Shown here one piece after another: positions 25,335 to 37,879 of a stretch of 64,000 nucleotides of DNA. The notes below the pieces were generated by a model. That model saw nothing but the letters and a program-made list of their open reading frames with translations, was not told the DNA's origin and did no database searches. Both the position numbers and the translations under genes were made by a program. Source of the DNA: Chiloscyllium plagiosum (Eukaryota); contig NW_025215380.1 of the NCBI RefSeq assembly GCF_004010195.1, positions 108,428-172,427 of the forward strand, read 5' to 3'. Within the stretch, counting starts at the first letter, position 1. Every line of letters begins with the position of its first letter.

Positions 25335-26160
25335 AGAGTCATAGAGCTGTACAGCACTGAAACAGACCCTTTGGTCCAACTCGTCCATGCAACCAGATAT
25401 CTTAAATACATCTAGTTCAATTTACCAGCATTTGGCTATTCATATACCAATCCAGATGCCTTTTAAATATTATAATTGTGTTATACTAACAATTATAATA
25501 CTCTTGCATACACGCATCACGCTCTCCATGATAAAATTGCCCCAACTTGGCTTTTAAGTCCCTAATTTTGGGCTCCCCTATCCTTGGGAAACGATCTTGT
25601 CTATTTATTTTATCCATGCCCCTTCTGATTTTATAAACCTCTACAAGGTTACCCCTCAGTTTCCAAGGAAAATAGCCCCAGCCGATTCAGCCTCTCCTTT
25701 TAGCTCAAACTCTCCAACCCTGGCAAACTCTCCAACCCTGGCAAACTCTCCAACCCTGGCAAACTCTCCAACCTGGCAAACTCTCCAACCCTGACAAACT
25801 CTCCAACCCTGGTAACATTGTTGTAAATCTTTTCTGAACCTTTTCAATTTCAACAACATGGTTCCAACAGCAAGGAGACCAGAATTGAATAAAGCATTCT
25901 AAAGTGGCCCAAACAATGTCCTGTGTGGCTACAATGTGACTGCCCAACTCCTATACTCAACACACTGACCAAGTGTACCAAACACCTTCTTCATTATCCT
26001 GTCTACCGCGGCTCCACTTTCAAGGAACTATGAACCTGCGCTCAAATGTTTCTTTGTTCAGCAACCGTCCCCAGGACCTTGCCATTAAGTCCTGCCCTGA
26101 TTTGCTTTTCCAAAATATAACGCCTCACATTTATCTAAATTAAACTCCACCTGTCACTCT
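25335..26160 (-). mobile_element. CR1/HER1-type LINE fragment containing an 18-bp tandem expansion (CAAACTCTCCAACCCTGG, about 25706-25812)
   Basis: CR1 ORF2 C-terminal motifs; the repeat is directly visible. Confidence 0.85.
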
Positions 26161-26781
26161 CTCGTTTTAAGTACTGCAGGTCAGAGTAGACGGTATAAAC
26201 AACTTGGAAACAGGAACAGAACTAACTTGCAGACCTATGAACACCTTTAAGACCGACATCAGGGTTAATAGTATTGTAAGTTCTACTCTTACAAGTAATA
26301 ATTTGTTTGTCTTTTCTAACTCAGTGCCAGTTTCTAATCCATCTGCATGCAGGACACGTTTTGTAAAATCATTTTTTTTTCGTGATTAGCAGTTAACAAA
26401 CTCATTCTTTTTAAACTCAACAATTCCTGCCTGGATAATTTCGATCCTTTTAAAAACACCAGTACCTTTGGATTCGGGAAGTTCATCACAAGAGAATAAA
26501 TCCTTTTCAAACTAATCCTGTTGAAAATGACTGAGAGAGAGAGTGAATAAAGAAGGGGAGCGAGTTAATCATTCCTCACTTGGCAGCATCATGGTTTCAG
26601 GGTACCCTGAAGAGTGAATGGGGCACGATGACTGGTGGGAGTCAGGGGGTGAGCTTGGGACAGCAGTAACAATGTCTACCCTGGAGATTCCGAGAATTGA
26701 TAACCCTCACTCAGACATGCAGTGAAACATTTCAAATAACATAACATCAGCATGGTTCTTTCGACAAAGAGAAACACTTAC

Positions 26782-26836
26782 CAAAAACGTAAAGTGACAG
26801 AATGGTTGTGAAATGGATGCTGAATTTCCCAGTCAT
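26782..26836 (-). CDS. Exon 1 (signal-peptide leader) of the predicted small membrane protein
   Basis: ATG at 26836, MTGKFSIHFTTILSLYVF-G, consensus phase-1 donor G|GTAAGT; joins in frame to 24701. Confidence 0.62.
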
Positions 26837-27118
26837 TCTCTCCAAGCTCCGATTTCAGCTGGAGTTTGAAGGCTTCTCAGCTAACCCCTTAAGCTTGCAG
26901 TTTGAGGAACACATTCGTCATCTTCACACAGTTATTTAACCAAAAAAGGAAACAGATGGAAGTGCAGAAATTGCACACGAAATGCCACAATGTTCCTGGT
27001 GGCTAGAATGCTAACGCGTCCTTTTCCATGCAACAGCTGAAAAAGAATGCTTGGGTAAAGTTTTCAACAGGATACATCTCCACCCACCCAGTCTCACGTA
27101 CCAACAACCTCACACTCT

Positions 27119-27363
27119 CAGACAGTACACTCCAGACCCTAACCCCTCAAGTGACCATCTCCCTCCCCCACACTCTGAGACAGTACACTCCAGACCCTAA
27201 CCCCTCGAGTGAACCTCCCCCTCCTTCCACACTCAACAGACAGTACACTCCAGACCCTAACCCCTCGAGTGAACCTTCCTCCCCCCACACTCTCAGACAG
27301 TACACTCCAGACCCGAACCCCTCGAATGAACCTCCCCCTTCCCCACACTCTCAGACAGTACAT
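27119..27363 (+). repeat. About 59-bp tandem repeat, about 4 copies (CAGACAGTACACTCCAGACCCTAACCCCTCGAGTGAACCTCCCC...)
   Basis: Directly visible. Confidence 0.9.
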
Positions 27364-28374
27364 TGGAGATTGACTGAGATTGGAGAGGTGGCACAATTCT
27401 CTCCGAACCCCACTGCCCATAATCAATTTCAAATTCAGTCAGAGGCATCCCTCCGGTCGGTTACGTACTGCAGATGTTAGGCTGCATCCAGTTTCACAGT
27501 TAAAACAATTTGGGCAGGTTTCTGTCATCAACCAGCGATGACCAATTTATTACAAATCAATCTCACACAGAACAGACATGCCAAGTTTATTGACAAGAAG
27601 AAAGGAGGGTTTAGACTGTGCAAAGATCGATCTGAATTGTATTCCAATATTACAGACATTTACACAGAGCCCAGGTTGGGGTAACAGCCATACGATGGTC
27701 GGGTACCCCACAGGACAGAGCAAATCCCACAGCAATCACCTTCAACTTCCCCGATGCTGTGCGTCTTCAAATCTCATTAAAAGTTCACAAAAGATTACAA
27801 ATTCCTCCCATCTGGTAGCCTGGCTATAAAATGTGAAGAAGACTTTGGAACAGAATGAGTGCGGGCACGATGGGCTGAAGGGTCTCCCTCTCCGTGGTAA
27901 CGGTTGTGTGAATCTGTGATGTCCTTCAGGGTTCCTCGATAGCAGCTGACACTCGCCTTCCCCGGTCTATGCTTCTCTGGATATTTCACCAGGTGGTGGA
28001 AAGCACACATTTGGGATTTACGGGCTCCTGGGAAATGATCCAACCCCCCCCCCCCACTTCCCTGACATTGCAAATTTCGTCATTTTGATTCACAACTCAT
28101 GAGTATTTGGCCACATCCTCCCATTGGCAACCTATCTCAGAGGATCTGTCACAGCCAGAATGAGATCAATTGAATTGTTTACAATGTTCCGCTCCTCTGC
28201 CCAAAGCAGAAGTGATTCTCCAAGTCTTGTTGCTTCTCGTTCCCCTTTTGGGGAGGTGTGGGGGTTGGGGAAGTTGGGGGAAGGAGCAAATGAGATGAGC
28301 AAAGCAACAGCGCTCATTCGGGGAAATTCCACATCCAGTTCTAGAATCAGACTCAAAATCACCATTGAATCGAG

Positions 28375-29435
28375 ATGTGTTGAGAGTGTGGTGTTGGAAA
28401 AGCACAGCAGGTCAGGGCAAGCATCCAGGCATCTGGAGGCAAAAGGCCTTCATCAGGAATGAGGCTTGTGGGTCGGGAGACTGAGAGGTATACGGGAGAT
28501 GGTTGGGGCTGTGGGGGAATGTACCTGAGAATGTCATAGGTAGGTGAAGATGAGGGAGAAAGTGATGGGAGGTAGGCATGGGGTGGATAGATGGGAAAGG
28601 TGATAGACAGGTCAGGAGGGTGGTGCCGAGTTGGAGGCCTGGGACTGGGATAATGGTAGGGGGGGGGGGAGGAGAAATGAGGAAACTGGCAAAATCCACA
28701 TTGATTCCATGTGGTTGGAGGATCCCAAGGCAGAATATGAGATGTTCTTCCTCCAGGAGTCGAGTAGTAAAGGTTTGGGAGTGGAGGAGGCCCAGGAACT
28801 GCATGTCCTTGACAGAGTGGGAGGGGGAGTTGAAGTGTTCAGCCAGGGGTCGGTGGGGTTGATAGGTGCAGGTGTTCCAGAGATGGTCTCTGAAATGATC
28901 TGCAAGGAGGCATCCTGTAGAGGAGACCACATCGGTGCAATGGATGCAGTAGATGATGTTGGTGGAGATACAGGTAAATTTCTGTCGGATATGGAAAGAT
29001 CCTTTGGGGCCTTGAATGGAGGTGAGGGGGAAGGTGTGGGTGCAGGCTTTGCACTTCCTGAGGTGGCAGGGGAAGGTGCCAGGAGTGGGGTGTCGGCTGA
29101 TGGGGAAGGTGTGCCTGATGAGGGAGTCGCAGAGGGAATGGTCTTTATGGAAAGCAGATAGGGCTGGGGAGGGAAATCTATCCCTGGTGCTGGGGTCTGT
29201 TTGTAGATGGCAGAAGTGGCGGAGGGTGATGCGCTGTATCCAGAGGTTGGTGGGGTGGATGATGAGGACCTGGGGTGGGGGGGGTTCTGTCCTTGTTGCA
29301 GTCGGGAGGGTGGGGTTCGAGGGCGGAGGTGCGGGAAGTGGAGGAACTGTGCTGGAGGGCTTCATTGACCTTGTGGGAGGGGAAATTGCAGTCTTTGAAG
29401 AAGGAGGCCATCTGGGATTTTCTAAGGTGGAATTG
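28375..29435 (-). mobile_element. Penelope-like retroelement 3' half (RT thumb/linker, GIY-YIG, terminal repeat), decayed
   Basis: MASFFKDCNFPS, QRITLRHF..LQTDP, PGTFPC..KCKAC, FTCISTNIIYCIHC, AEHFNSPSHS, EEHLIFCLG.LQPHGINVDF. Confidence 0.88.
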
Positions 29436-29494
29436 GTGGGTTATGATTTACCGCTCTCATCGCCACAGCCTGGGTTCGATTCCCAGTCAGTGAA
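29436..29494 (+). pseudogene. 5'-truncated tRNA-Glu(CTC) fragment
   Basis: GGTTATGATTTACCGCTCTCATCGCCACAGCCTGGGTTCGATTCCCAGTCAGTGAA versus vertebrate tRNA-Glu GGTTAGGATTCGGCGCTCTCACCGCCGCGGCCCGGGTTCGATTCCCGGTCAGGGAA. Confidence 0.8.
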
Positions 29495-29499
29495 TTTAA

Positions 29500-30890
29500 A
29501 CTTCACCATGATCATCCAGTCCCTGTACACCTTGATCCACCATGACAAAGGCCTCCAAGCCTCCCGTTTCTTCCTCTCATGCCATCCCAACCAGTACCAT
29601 TCCACTGACACCCTCATCCATCTGGCTGAACTGGTCCTCACCCTCAACAACTCCTCTTTTCAATTCTCCCACTTCCTCCAAACCATAAGGGCAGTCCTGG
29701 GCACCCTCATGGAGTCCAGCTATACCTGTCACTTTGTGGGTATGTGGAACAGTCCATTTTCTACAGCTACACAGGCACCACCTCCCACCTGTTCCTCGGC
29801 TACATCGATGACTACATCGGCCCCACCTCATGCTCCCGCGAGGAGGTTGAACAGTTCATCAACTTCACCAACACCTTTCACCCTGACCTCAAATACACCT
29901 GGACCATCTCTGACACCTCCCTCCCCTTCCTGGACCACTCCATTGCCATCTCAGGTTACTGACTAACCACAGACATCTACTACAAGCCCACCGTCTCCCA
30001 CAGCTACCTAGACTACACCTCCTCCCACCCAACCCCCCTGGAAAAACACAGCGCATCATCCTCCACCACTTCCGCCACCTACAAACAGACCCCACCACCA
30101 GAGAAACATTTCCCTCCTGACCCCTATCAGTGTTCCAGTAAGATCATTCCCTCCGCAACTCCCTCGTCAGATTCATGCACCTCCTCCCATCAACCCACAC
30201 CCCATTCCCGGCACCTTCCCCTGCCACAGGAAACCTTGGCCACAACTCACCCCTCATCTCTATCCAAGGTCCCAAAGGATCCTTCCACATCCAACAGAAA
30301 TTTACCTGCACCTCCACCAATGTCATCTACTGTACCTGTTGTGTGCAATGTGGTCTCCTCTACACCAGGATCATTTCAGAGAACATCTCTGGGACACCCG
30401 CACCCAGCAACCCCACCACTCCATAGCTGAACACTTCAACTCCCCCTCCCCCTCCGCCAAGGACATGCAGGTCCTGGGCCTCCTCCATCACCAAGCCCTT
30501 ACCACCTGATGCCTGGAGGAAGAACTCCTCATATACTGCCTTGGGACCCTGCAAACACAATGAATCAATGGGGATTTTACCAGTTTCCACTTTCCCCTCT
30601 CCCCACATTATCCCAGTCCCAAGCCTCCAACTTGGCACTGCCCTCTTGACCTGCCCATTGTCTTTCCCACCTATCTGCTCCACCCTCCTCTCCGACCTAT
30701 CACCTTCATCCCCCACCTTCATCTACCTATCGCATTCCCAGCTACCTTGCTCCCAGCCCACAAGCCTCATTCCTGATGAAGGGCTTATGCCTGGAACATC
30801 GATTCTCCTGCTCCTGGGATGCTGCCTGATCTGCTGTGCTTTTCCAGCTCTCAATTCTGATCTCCAGCATCTGAAAGTCTTCACTTACTT
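29500..30890 (+). mobile_element. Penelope-like retroelement (RT core to GIY-YIG and terminal repeat), decayed
   Basis: QSLYT, LAELVLTLNN, YIDDYIG, FINFTNTFHPDLKYTW, SLPFLD, YKPT..SYLDYTSSHP, FTCTSTNVIYC..C..CGLLY. Confidence 0.9.
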
Positions 30891-32309
30891 CTCATCGAGT
30901 GGAAAAGGTTGTGTATGAGATTAGAAATGACCAAATCCATCACTCGGTTAACAAACTGAAGTGAAGGACTCCCACCTCCATCCCCGACCATTGCTCTGCT
31001 ATTTCCACATCTCTAACAGAACTCCCCCACCCCCACTGAAAAACAAACCAACCACCACTGTAATAGTCAGCTTGAGGTGATGAAGAAATTTTGCCCAAAG
31101 CGTCGATTCTCCTGCTCCTCAGATGCTGCCTGAACTACTGTGCCTTTCCAGCACCACAGTCTCAACACGGAGGTAGGATCACTACCACTGAGGTATGAGA
31201 TTGCTCAAAACAAATGTGCATCCAATTGACAACTAGGGAACAATAGATCTCCCTTTCTAATAAATCTGTTCAAGGATGTCATGACACACCTCTAGACCAA
31301 GCAGGACTTGAACCTCCTGGCCCAGAGGTATCACAACAGCCAGCGCCACAACAGCCCCTGATCCGCATTGACAGACCAACAGGGAAACTGCAGTAGTATG
31401 ACTTTGAGGAATGGAAGAGACTCAGGCTTCAGGGAGAAGGCAGAAGTCATCCCGGTCATAGAAATGATGTAAGGTGCTGGCATTGGACTGGGGGGTGGAC
31501 AAGGTCAGAAGTCAATCAGCAAGAGTTTCTCGTCCAACAGGTTTATTTGGAATCATAAGCTTTCAGAGTGCTAACTCTTTGTCAGGTGAAGTCACTTCAC
31601 CTCTGAAAGCTTGTGATTCCAAACAGACCTGTTGGTCTATAACCTGCTGTTGTGTAACTTATGGCCTTGTTTCGAAAGCAGCTAAGACTGAAACTGAGCT
31701 TGAAAACCAAACCTTCTAAGGAGACGTAATCTGGTTCAAGTTATATAAATATGGACACAGTGCAGTCCTTGATCAGTTGATGATTCCAGTAGTACACTAC
31801 AGGTAACCAGAGGAAGGCGGAGGCATGATCCAGGACTCTCGCTCTGTCTAAGCAACCTGTGGTCTGTACATCCTTGCTTACTGTGATCTGCCTGTACTGC
31901 TCACAAACAAAGCTTTTCACTGTACTTAGGTATACATGATTATGATAAATCAAATCAAATCAAATCAAGAGTTGAGAATCATAGAAGGGTAAGTTGTTCT
32001 TTGAAGGTTCACTTCAATGAATAGACACCATCCAGACTGTCACCAGCAAAGCTGAGGTTCTTCAAGCAGGTACCATGCCATGGTGAAAAGCCATTCCAGA
32101 AGAAGACATGTTGTTACACTTTGCTGGCATCTGGCGATTTGACAGAGGATGAGAAGAGGGTAAATTCTTTGTGAGGAAGGCAAAGTTTTGAAGGACTTTA
32201 CCACTGAGAGTGGTGAGATATATGCTGAGCTGACTTTAGACCAAATTCCTAAGGTCTTTCTTAGTTGTACCTACCACTCTATGTAAAATTTCTCATTTAT
32301 GATTACCTG

Positions 32310-32985
32310 TTAACATAGAAACGTTGAAAAGGGCTGCAGGAGTAAACTATGCAGCCCTTTCAAGCTTGCCCCACCTTTCAATACAATCATGTCTGATGGT
32401 GCAAACTCAGTATCCCATTCCCACCATCTCCACATATCCCCGATCCCTTTAGCCACAAGATTCTAGGTTAGAGTGGTGCTGGAAAGCACAGCAGTTCAGG
32501 CAGCACCCGAGGAGCAGGAAAATCAATGTTTCGGGCAAAAGCCCTTCATTTAGCCACAAGGCCCACGTCCAGCTCCCTCTTGAATATACCTAATGAAATA
32601 GCTCCAAATCTTCCTGTGGGAGAGAATTCCACAGGTTCACAACTCCCTGAGGGAAAACATTCTTCGTCATCTCAGTCCCAAATGGCCTACCCCTTATTCT
32701 TAGGCTGTGACCCCTTGTTTTGGACTTGCCCAGCATCGGGAACATTCTTCCCTCATCTGGCCTGTCCAGTCCCATCAGGATTTTATATGTTTCCATGAGG
32801 TTCCCCCCCCCCCCCCCCCCTCCCCACCATTGTTCTAAATTCCAGCGAGTACAAGCCCTCACATCAGTCCTGCCATCCCAGGGAATCAGTCTGGTGAACC
32901 TTTGCCGGAGTGCCTCAATAGCAAGAATGTCCTTGCTCGGGCTGGGATACCAAAACTACACACAGTACTCAAGGTGTGGTCCTAA
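32310..32985 (-). mobile_element. CR1-type LINE 3' fragment interrupted by a Penelope-derived piece
   Basis: ETYKILMGLDR..MFPMLGKSKTRGHSLRIRG. Confidence 0.75.
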
Positions 32986-34585
32986 TTCATAGTTAACTTA
33001 AAATTATTCTGATTTCAGACAACTTGGACCTAACCCGAGTTCCTATTTATTGCCTGACTCCTGTACTATGTATAGTAAAAAAAAATCTTGTTTTAAATCC
33101 GTAATTTCATTTTTTCAAGAAACAACTAAATGTCAGGGTTTTTTTTGTTTCTCTCCCCATAAAAGAAAATAAATATCTTTACCAAGATGTAGCACTAACA
33201 ACGTACCCTTCCAATGGTGGATCCAGACATTTCTGCCTATCCTGTTCAGAGGCTCATGTCTGGAGCAGGCTGGTCTGGGACTTCTGACCCAGAGGCAGGG
33301 GTACGACCACTGCAACACAAGAGCCCCCCACCCCCCCAAAAAAAATCGAAGTTTCCTTTACACCTCGAGGTCCACCTCGCGTTACTTCTTTGGGAGTTTG
33401 GATTGTGCAGCCTGAGGAACGGGGGGGTGGGTGGGGGTGGGGGGGAAGGGGCCATTCAGCCCGTCAAGCCTGTCCACTCCACAGGCTCAATCAGACAGTC
33501 TACACCAAATCAACACTTTGTTTTGGCTCGACTAACTCACAAACCGCATTTTCGGTACAATCAGCCTTTATTTATTTATTTATTTATTTGTTTATTGTTA
33601 TACGTGGCGGGGGAATGCAGAGAGACAGCCAAGATGTGGAGAGGAAGAAGACGGCAAGACATTTGAGAGGTTCTGCACTTCACTTTCACCCCTTCCCCCG
33701 GTTCCGAACAAACGTGAGGGGGGGAGAACAGACCATTGAGCTTCCTTCGTATAATTTAGAGAAAACACTGGAGGCAGAAGAGGAGTGGGGGGGGGGCGGA
33801 ACAATAAATCATTGCAAACTGATTATTGCAAAAATCATTGCAAATAAAACCATTGCAAACATTTTGTTTTTGGGGGGGGGGGGGGCGGGGTGTGTTGTGA
33901 AGGGANNNNNNNNNNNNNNNNNNNNNNNNNNNNNNNNNNNNNNNNNNNNNNNNNNNNNNNNNNNNNNNNNNNNNNNNNNNNNNNNNNNNNNNNNNNNNNN
34001 NNNNNNNNNNNNNNNNNNNNNNNNNNNNNNNNNNNNNNNNNNNNNNNNNNNNNNNNNNNNNNNNNNNNNNNNNNNNNNNNNNNNNNNNNNNNNNNNNNNN
34101 NNNNNNNNNNNNNNNNNNNNNNNNNNNNNNNNNNNNNNNNNNNNNNNNNNNNNNNNNNNNNNNNNNNNNNNNNNNNNNNNNNNNNNNNNNNNNNNNNNNN
34201 NNNNNNNNNNNNNNNNNNNNNNNNNNNNNNNNNNNNNNNNNNNNNNNNNNNNNNNNNNNNNNNNNNNNNNNNNNNNNNNNNNNNNNNNNNNNNNNNNNNN
34301 NNNNNNNNNNNNNNNNNNNNNNNNNNNNNNNNNNNNNNNNNNNNNNNNNNNNNNNNNNNNNNNNNNNNNNNNNNNNNNNNNNNNNNNNNNNNNNNNNNNN
34401 NNNNNNNNNNNNNNNNNNNNNNNNNNNNNNNNNNNNNNNNNNNNNNNNNNNNNNNNNNNNNNNNNNNNNNNNNNNNNNNNNNNNNNNNNNNNNNNNNNNN
34501 NNNNNNNNNNNNNNNNNNNNNNNNNNNNNNNNNNNNNNNNNNNNNNNNNNNNNNNNNNNNNNNNNNNNNNNNNNNNNNNNNNNNN

Positions 34586-35035
34586 GGGAGGGAGACACTC
34601 AGACAGGATCCTGGTCTGAGGAGGGAGACACTCAGACGGGATCCTGGTCTGGGGTTTGGGGAGGGAGACACTCAGACAGGATCCTGGTCTGAGGAGGGAG
34701 ACACTCAGACAGGATCCTGGTCTGGGGTTTGGGAAGGGAGACACTCAGACGGGATCCTGGTCTGAGGAGGGAGACATTCAGACAGGATCCTGGTCTGGGG
34801 AGGGTGACACTCAGACAGGATCCTGGTCTGGGGAGGGAGACATTCAGACAGGATCCTGGTCTGGGGTTTGGGGAGGGAGACACTCAGACAGGATCCTGGT
34901 CTGGGGTTTGGGAGGGAGACATTCAGACAGGATCCTGGTCTGGGGAGGGTGACACTCAGACAGGATCCTGGTCTGGGGAGGAAGACACTCAGACAGGATC
35001 CTGGTCTGGGGAGGGAGACCCTCAGACAGGATGCT
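34586..35035 (+). repeat. Minisatellite with two unit lengths (GGAGGGAGACACTCAGACAGGATCCTGGTCTG +/- GGGTTTG) at gap edge
   Basis: Directly visible; probably continues into the gap. Confidence 0.92.
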
Positions 35036-35358
35036 GGTTTTTCCTTGACTAAAGATGGAGATAAAAAGCACACAGCACAAACAATCTGGCGTAAGATGGA
35101 TAGATAGATTACATACATAGATAGAAAGTAGTAATGGCTGGAGAAATATAACAGTTTCTGGCAGCATCTGTGGAGCGACAGAGGAGTATCTCGCTTGACA
35201 CTGCATGTTTAATTCTCACAATCCTTTTATTTAAGTGTTTAATTTCTGCAGCATTTTATTGATTAATTTCTGTATTCTTATATGTGAGTAGTTATTTCCC
35301 ATAGTCCTTATATATGCGTGTTGAATTTCCACAGCAGCCTTTGATTTCAGGACCCAAA

Positions 35359-35665
35359 CAGCACGGTGGCTCAGTGGTTAGCACGGCTGCCTCACAGCTC
35401 CAGGGACCTGGGATCGATTTTCAGTCACGGGCAACTGTCTGTGTGGAGTTTGCACATTCTCTCCGTGTCTGCGTGGGTTTGCTCCGGTTTCCTCCCACAG
35501 TCGAAAGATGTGCAGGTTAGGGTGGATTGGCCACGGGGAAATTGTCTGCAGTGTGGGGGCTAGGTGGTTAGCTATGGGGATGGGTGCGTGTGTAATGCAC
35601 CCCCGGAAGGTCGGTGTGGACTTGCTGGGCTGAATGGCCTGTTTCCACACTGTAAGGATTCTGTA
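35359..35665 (+). mobile_element. HE1-type SINE
   Basis: tRNA-like head, core and tail. Confidence 0.85.
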
Positions 35666-36803
35666 TATTTAAAAGAAATAGCCCACTGCACAGCCATCAG
35701 ATTCTCCCTGATCGCTCACTACCTCAATGAAAACCTCAGCCGAGTTCTGTACACATTGCAAACACCTCCACGTTAGGTCTGTGAGAACAAGAGGCCTTCT
35801 CCCGCTTGTCTCAAACTCCTCTCTGAACAGCTGACCCTGCTCACCTTCCTGGTTCAGGCAGCAAAAACCTCTGCTAATACCACACTTCTAACTCTCAAAG
35901 ATTCAAGGGAAGCAACTGGCTTCACTACAAGAAGTCACATAAGGGATACTTAGAAACATAGTAAATAGAAACAGGAGTAAGCAATTCAGCCCTTTAAGAC
36001 TAGTCCTCTGTTCACTGTGATATTGGCTGATTAGTATTGTCAAGGCATTGAATATTAGAGCAAGGAGATTATGGAGCTGAATGATCTAGCTGTCCTGATG
36101 GAACTTAGTTAGTTAGTTAAATAACAGTGTTAGTTAGGCCACATCTGGAACCCGCATTCGAGGGAATTACTGGAGTGGGTACACTGGGAGATTGACCAGG
36201 ATGTTGCCCTGGGCTGGAGAGTCTCGGCGATGGAGACAGAATGGATTTGCTGGGAGGGCCACAGGTAGGCTAGCCAGGGAAAACATTTCCCTTTAGTTGA
36301 GGGGTCAATAACCAGGGGGCCTTGGATGTAAGGTAAGGAGCGGGAGGTTTAAGGGGATTTGTGGATGAGACTTCTTCACCCGCAGGATGGTGGGTATCTG
36401 GAACTCATTGCCTGTAAGAGTAGTTTGAACTCTATACACAATTACGTGGTATTTAGATGAGCACTTGAAAGGCCATATTATACAATGCAGGTGTGGAAGT
36501 AAGATGAACATACTGCCGATGGGTGTTTGATGATCGGCACAGACATAGATTGATGGCACGGAAATAAGTCTTTGGGCTCAACTTGTCCACGCCGATCAGG
36601 TTTCCCAAACTAAACTAGTCCCATTTGCCAGCATTCCCTTCTGATTCAGGCAAGTTTTCTCCCGTCTCGTGTACTTTATGCTCTTTTATTTGGGCACACA
36701 GAACCCATTCCTTGCATATGCCTCGGTAAGTTTAAACGTATCAATAAAATCGTGCAAAATAAAAGCTCCTCAGTAATAGCCCTCTACCTGGACAGAATGA
36801 GCT

Positions 36804-36819
36804 GGCTCTTAAAAGAGCC
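36804..36819 (-). terminator. Histone 3' stem-loop of H4 gene
   Basis: Minus strand CCAAA-GGCTCTTTTAAGAGCC-AGCTCA followed by purine-rich GTAGAGGG (HDE-like). Confidence 0.95.
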
Positions 36820-36941
36820 TTTGGGTTTTTTTGTTTTGTGTTTTTTCATTAAAGTGGTTCAGAGGAATTCCATTCGGGGTGTTTTCAAAGGGCTGGTTTA
36901 TACAAAAAAAATAAACAAAACGCTCTTTCCTCCTCCTCCTC

Positions 36942-37460
<519 letters not shown>

Positions 37461-37879
37461 CTACTCTCTCAACAGTGGGCAGTGTTGCGCTGCGTCCTGG
37501 GGAGAGATTTGCACAGACCTCCTCCATGGACACGAATGAACACTAATGCGCAGAGAAACGTCCTCAATATTAATTTGGAGATGCCGGCGTTAGACTGGGG
37601 TGTACAAGCTTAAAAATCACACAACACCAGGTTATAGTCCAACAGGTTTCGAAACATTTACTTCATTCTGTCTCTGGTTCTGACAAAAGTTTCCAGGTTC
37701 CTCTTTCTCTGCCGAGGTTGTGAAGTTATTTTTTTTCTCTGTCCCAGCTTTCGGAGCTGTGGTGCTGCGTCCTCGAAAAGAATTCCGCAGACCTACACAG
37801 TCACGGATGCACTCCAATAGATGCAGAAACATTCAGTCACTAAGCGCACAGACATACATAGGCACAAACATACACTCCC

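Noticed and set aside
26466-26530. Exon-like segment in the intron of the membrane-protein gene (ctctcag|..AAAG|gtactg)
   Set aside because: 65 nt; inclusion shifts the frame and truncates the protein, so at most a poison or cryptic exon.
28412-29966. 317-aa and 316-aa ORFs as host genes
   Set aside because: Decayed Penelope reading frames and their antisense.
33811-33860. Four ATTGCAAA (C/EBP-like) motifs in tandem
   Set aside because: Looks like a short slippage repeat beside a gap; no linked gene.
12999-34765. ORFs containing long X runs
   Set aside because: Artefacts of N-gaps.
34586-35035. Regular repeats resembling a CRISPR array (also 1608-2180 and 27119-27363)
   Set aside because: No unique spacers, eukaryotic context, no cas genes; ordinary minisatellites.
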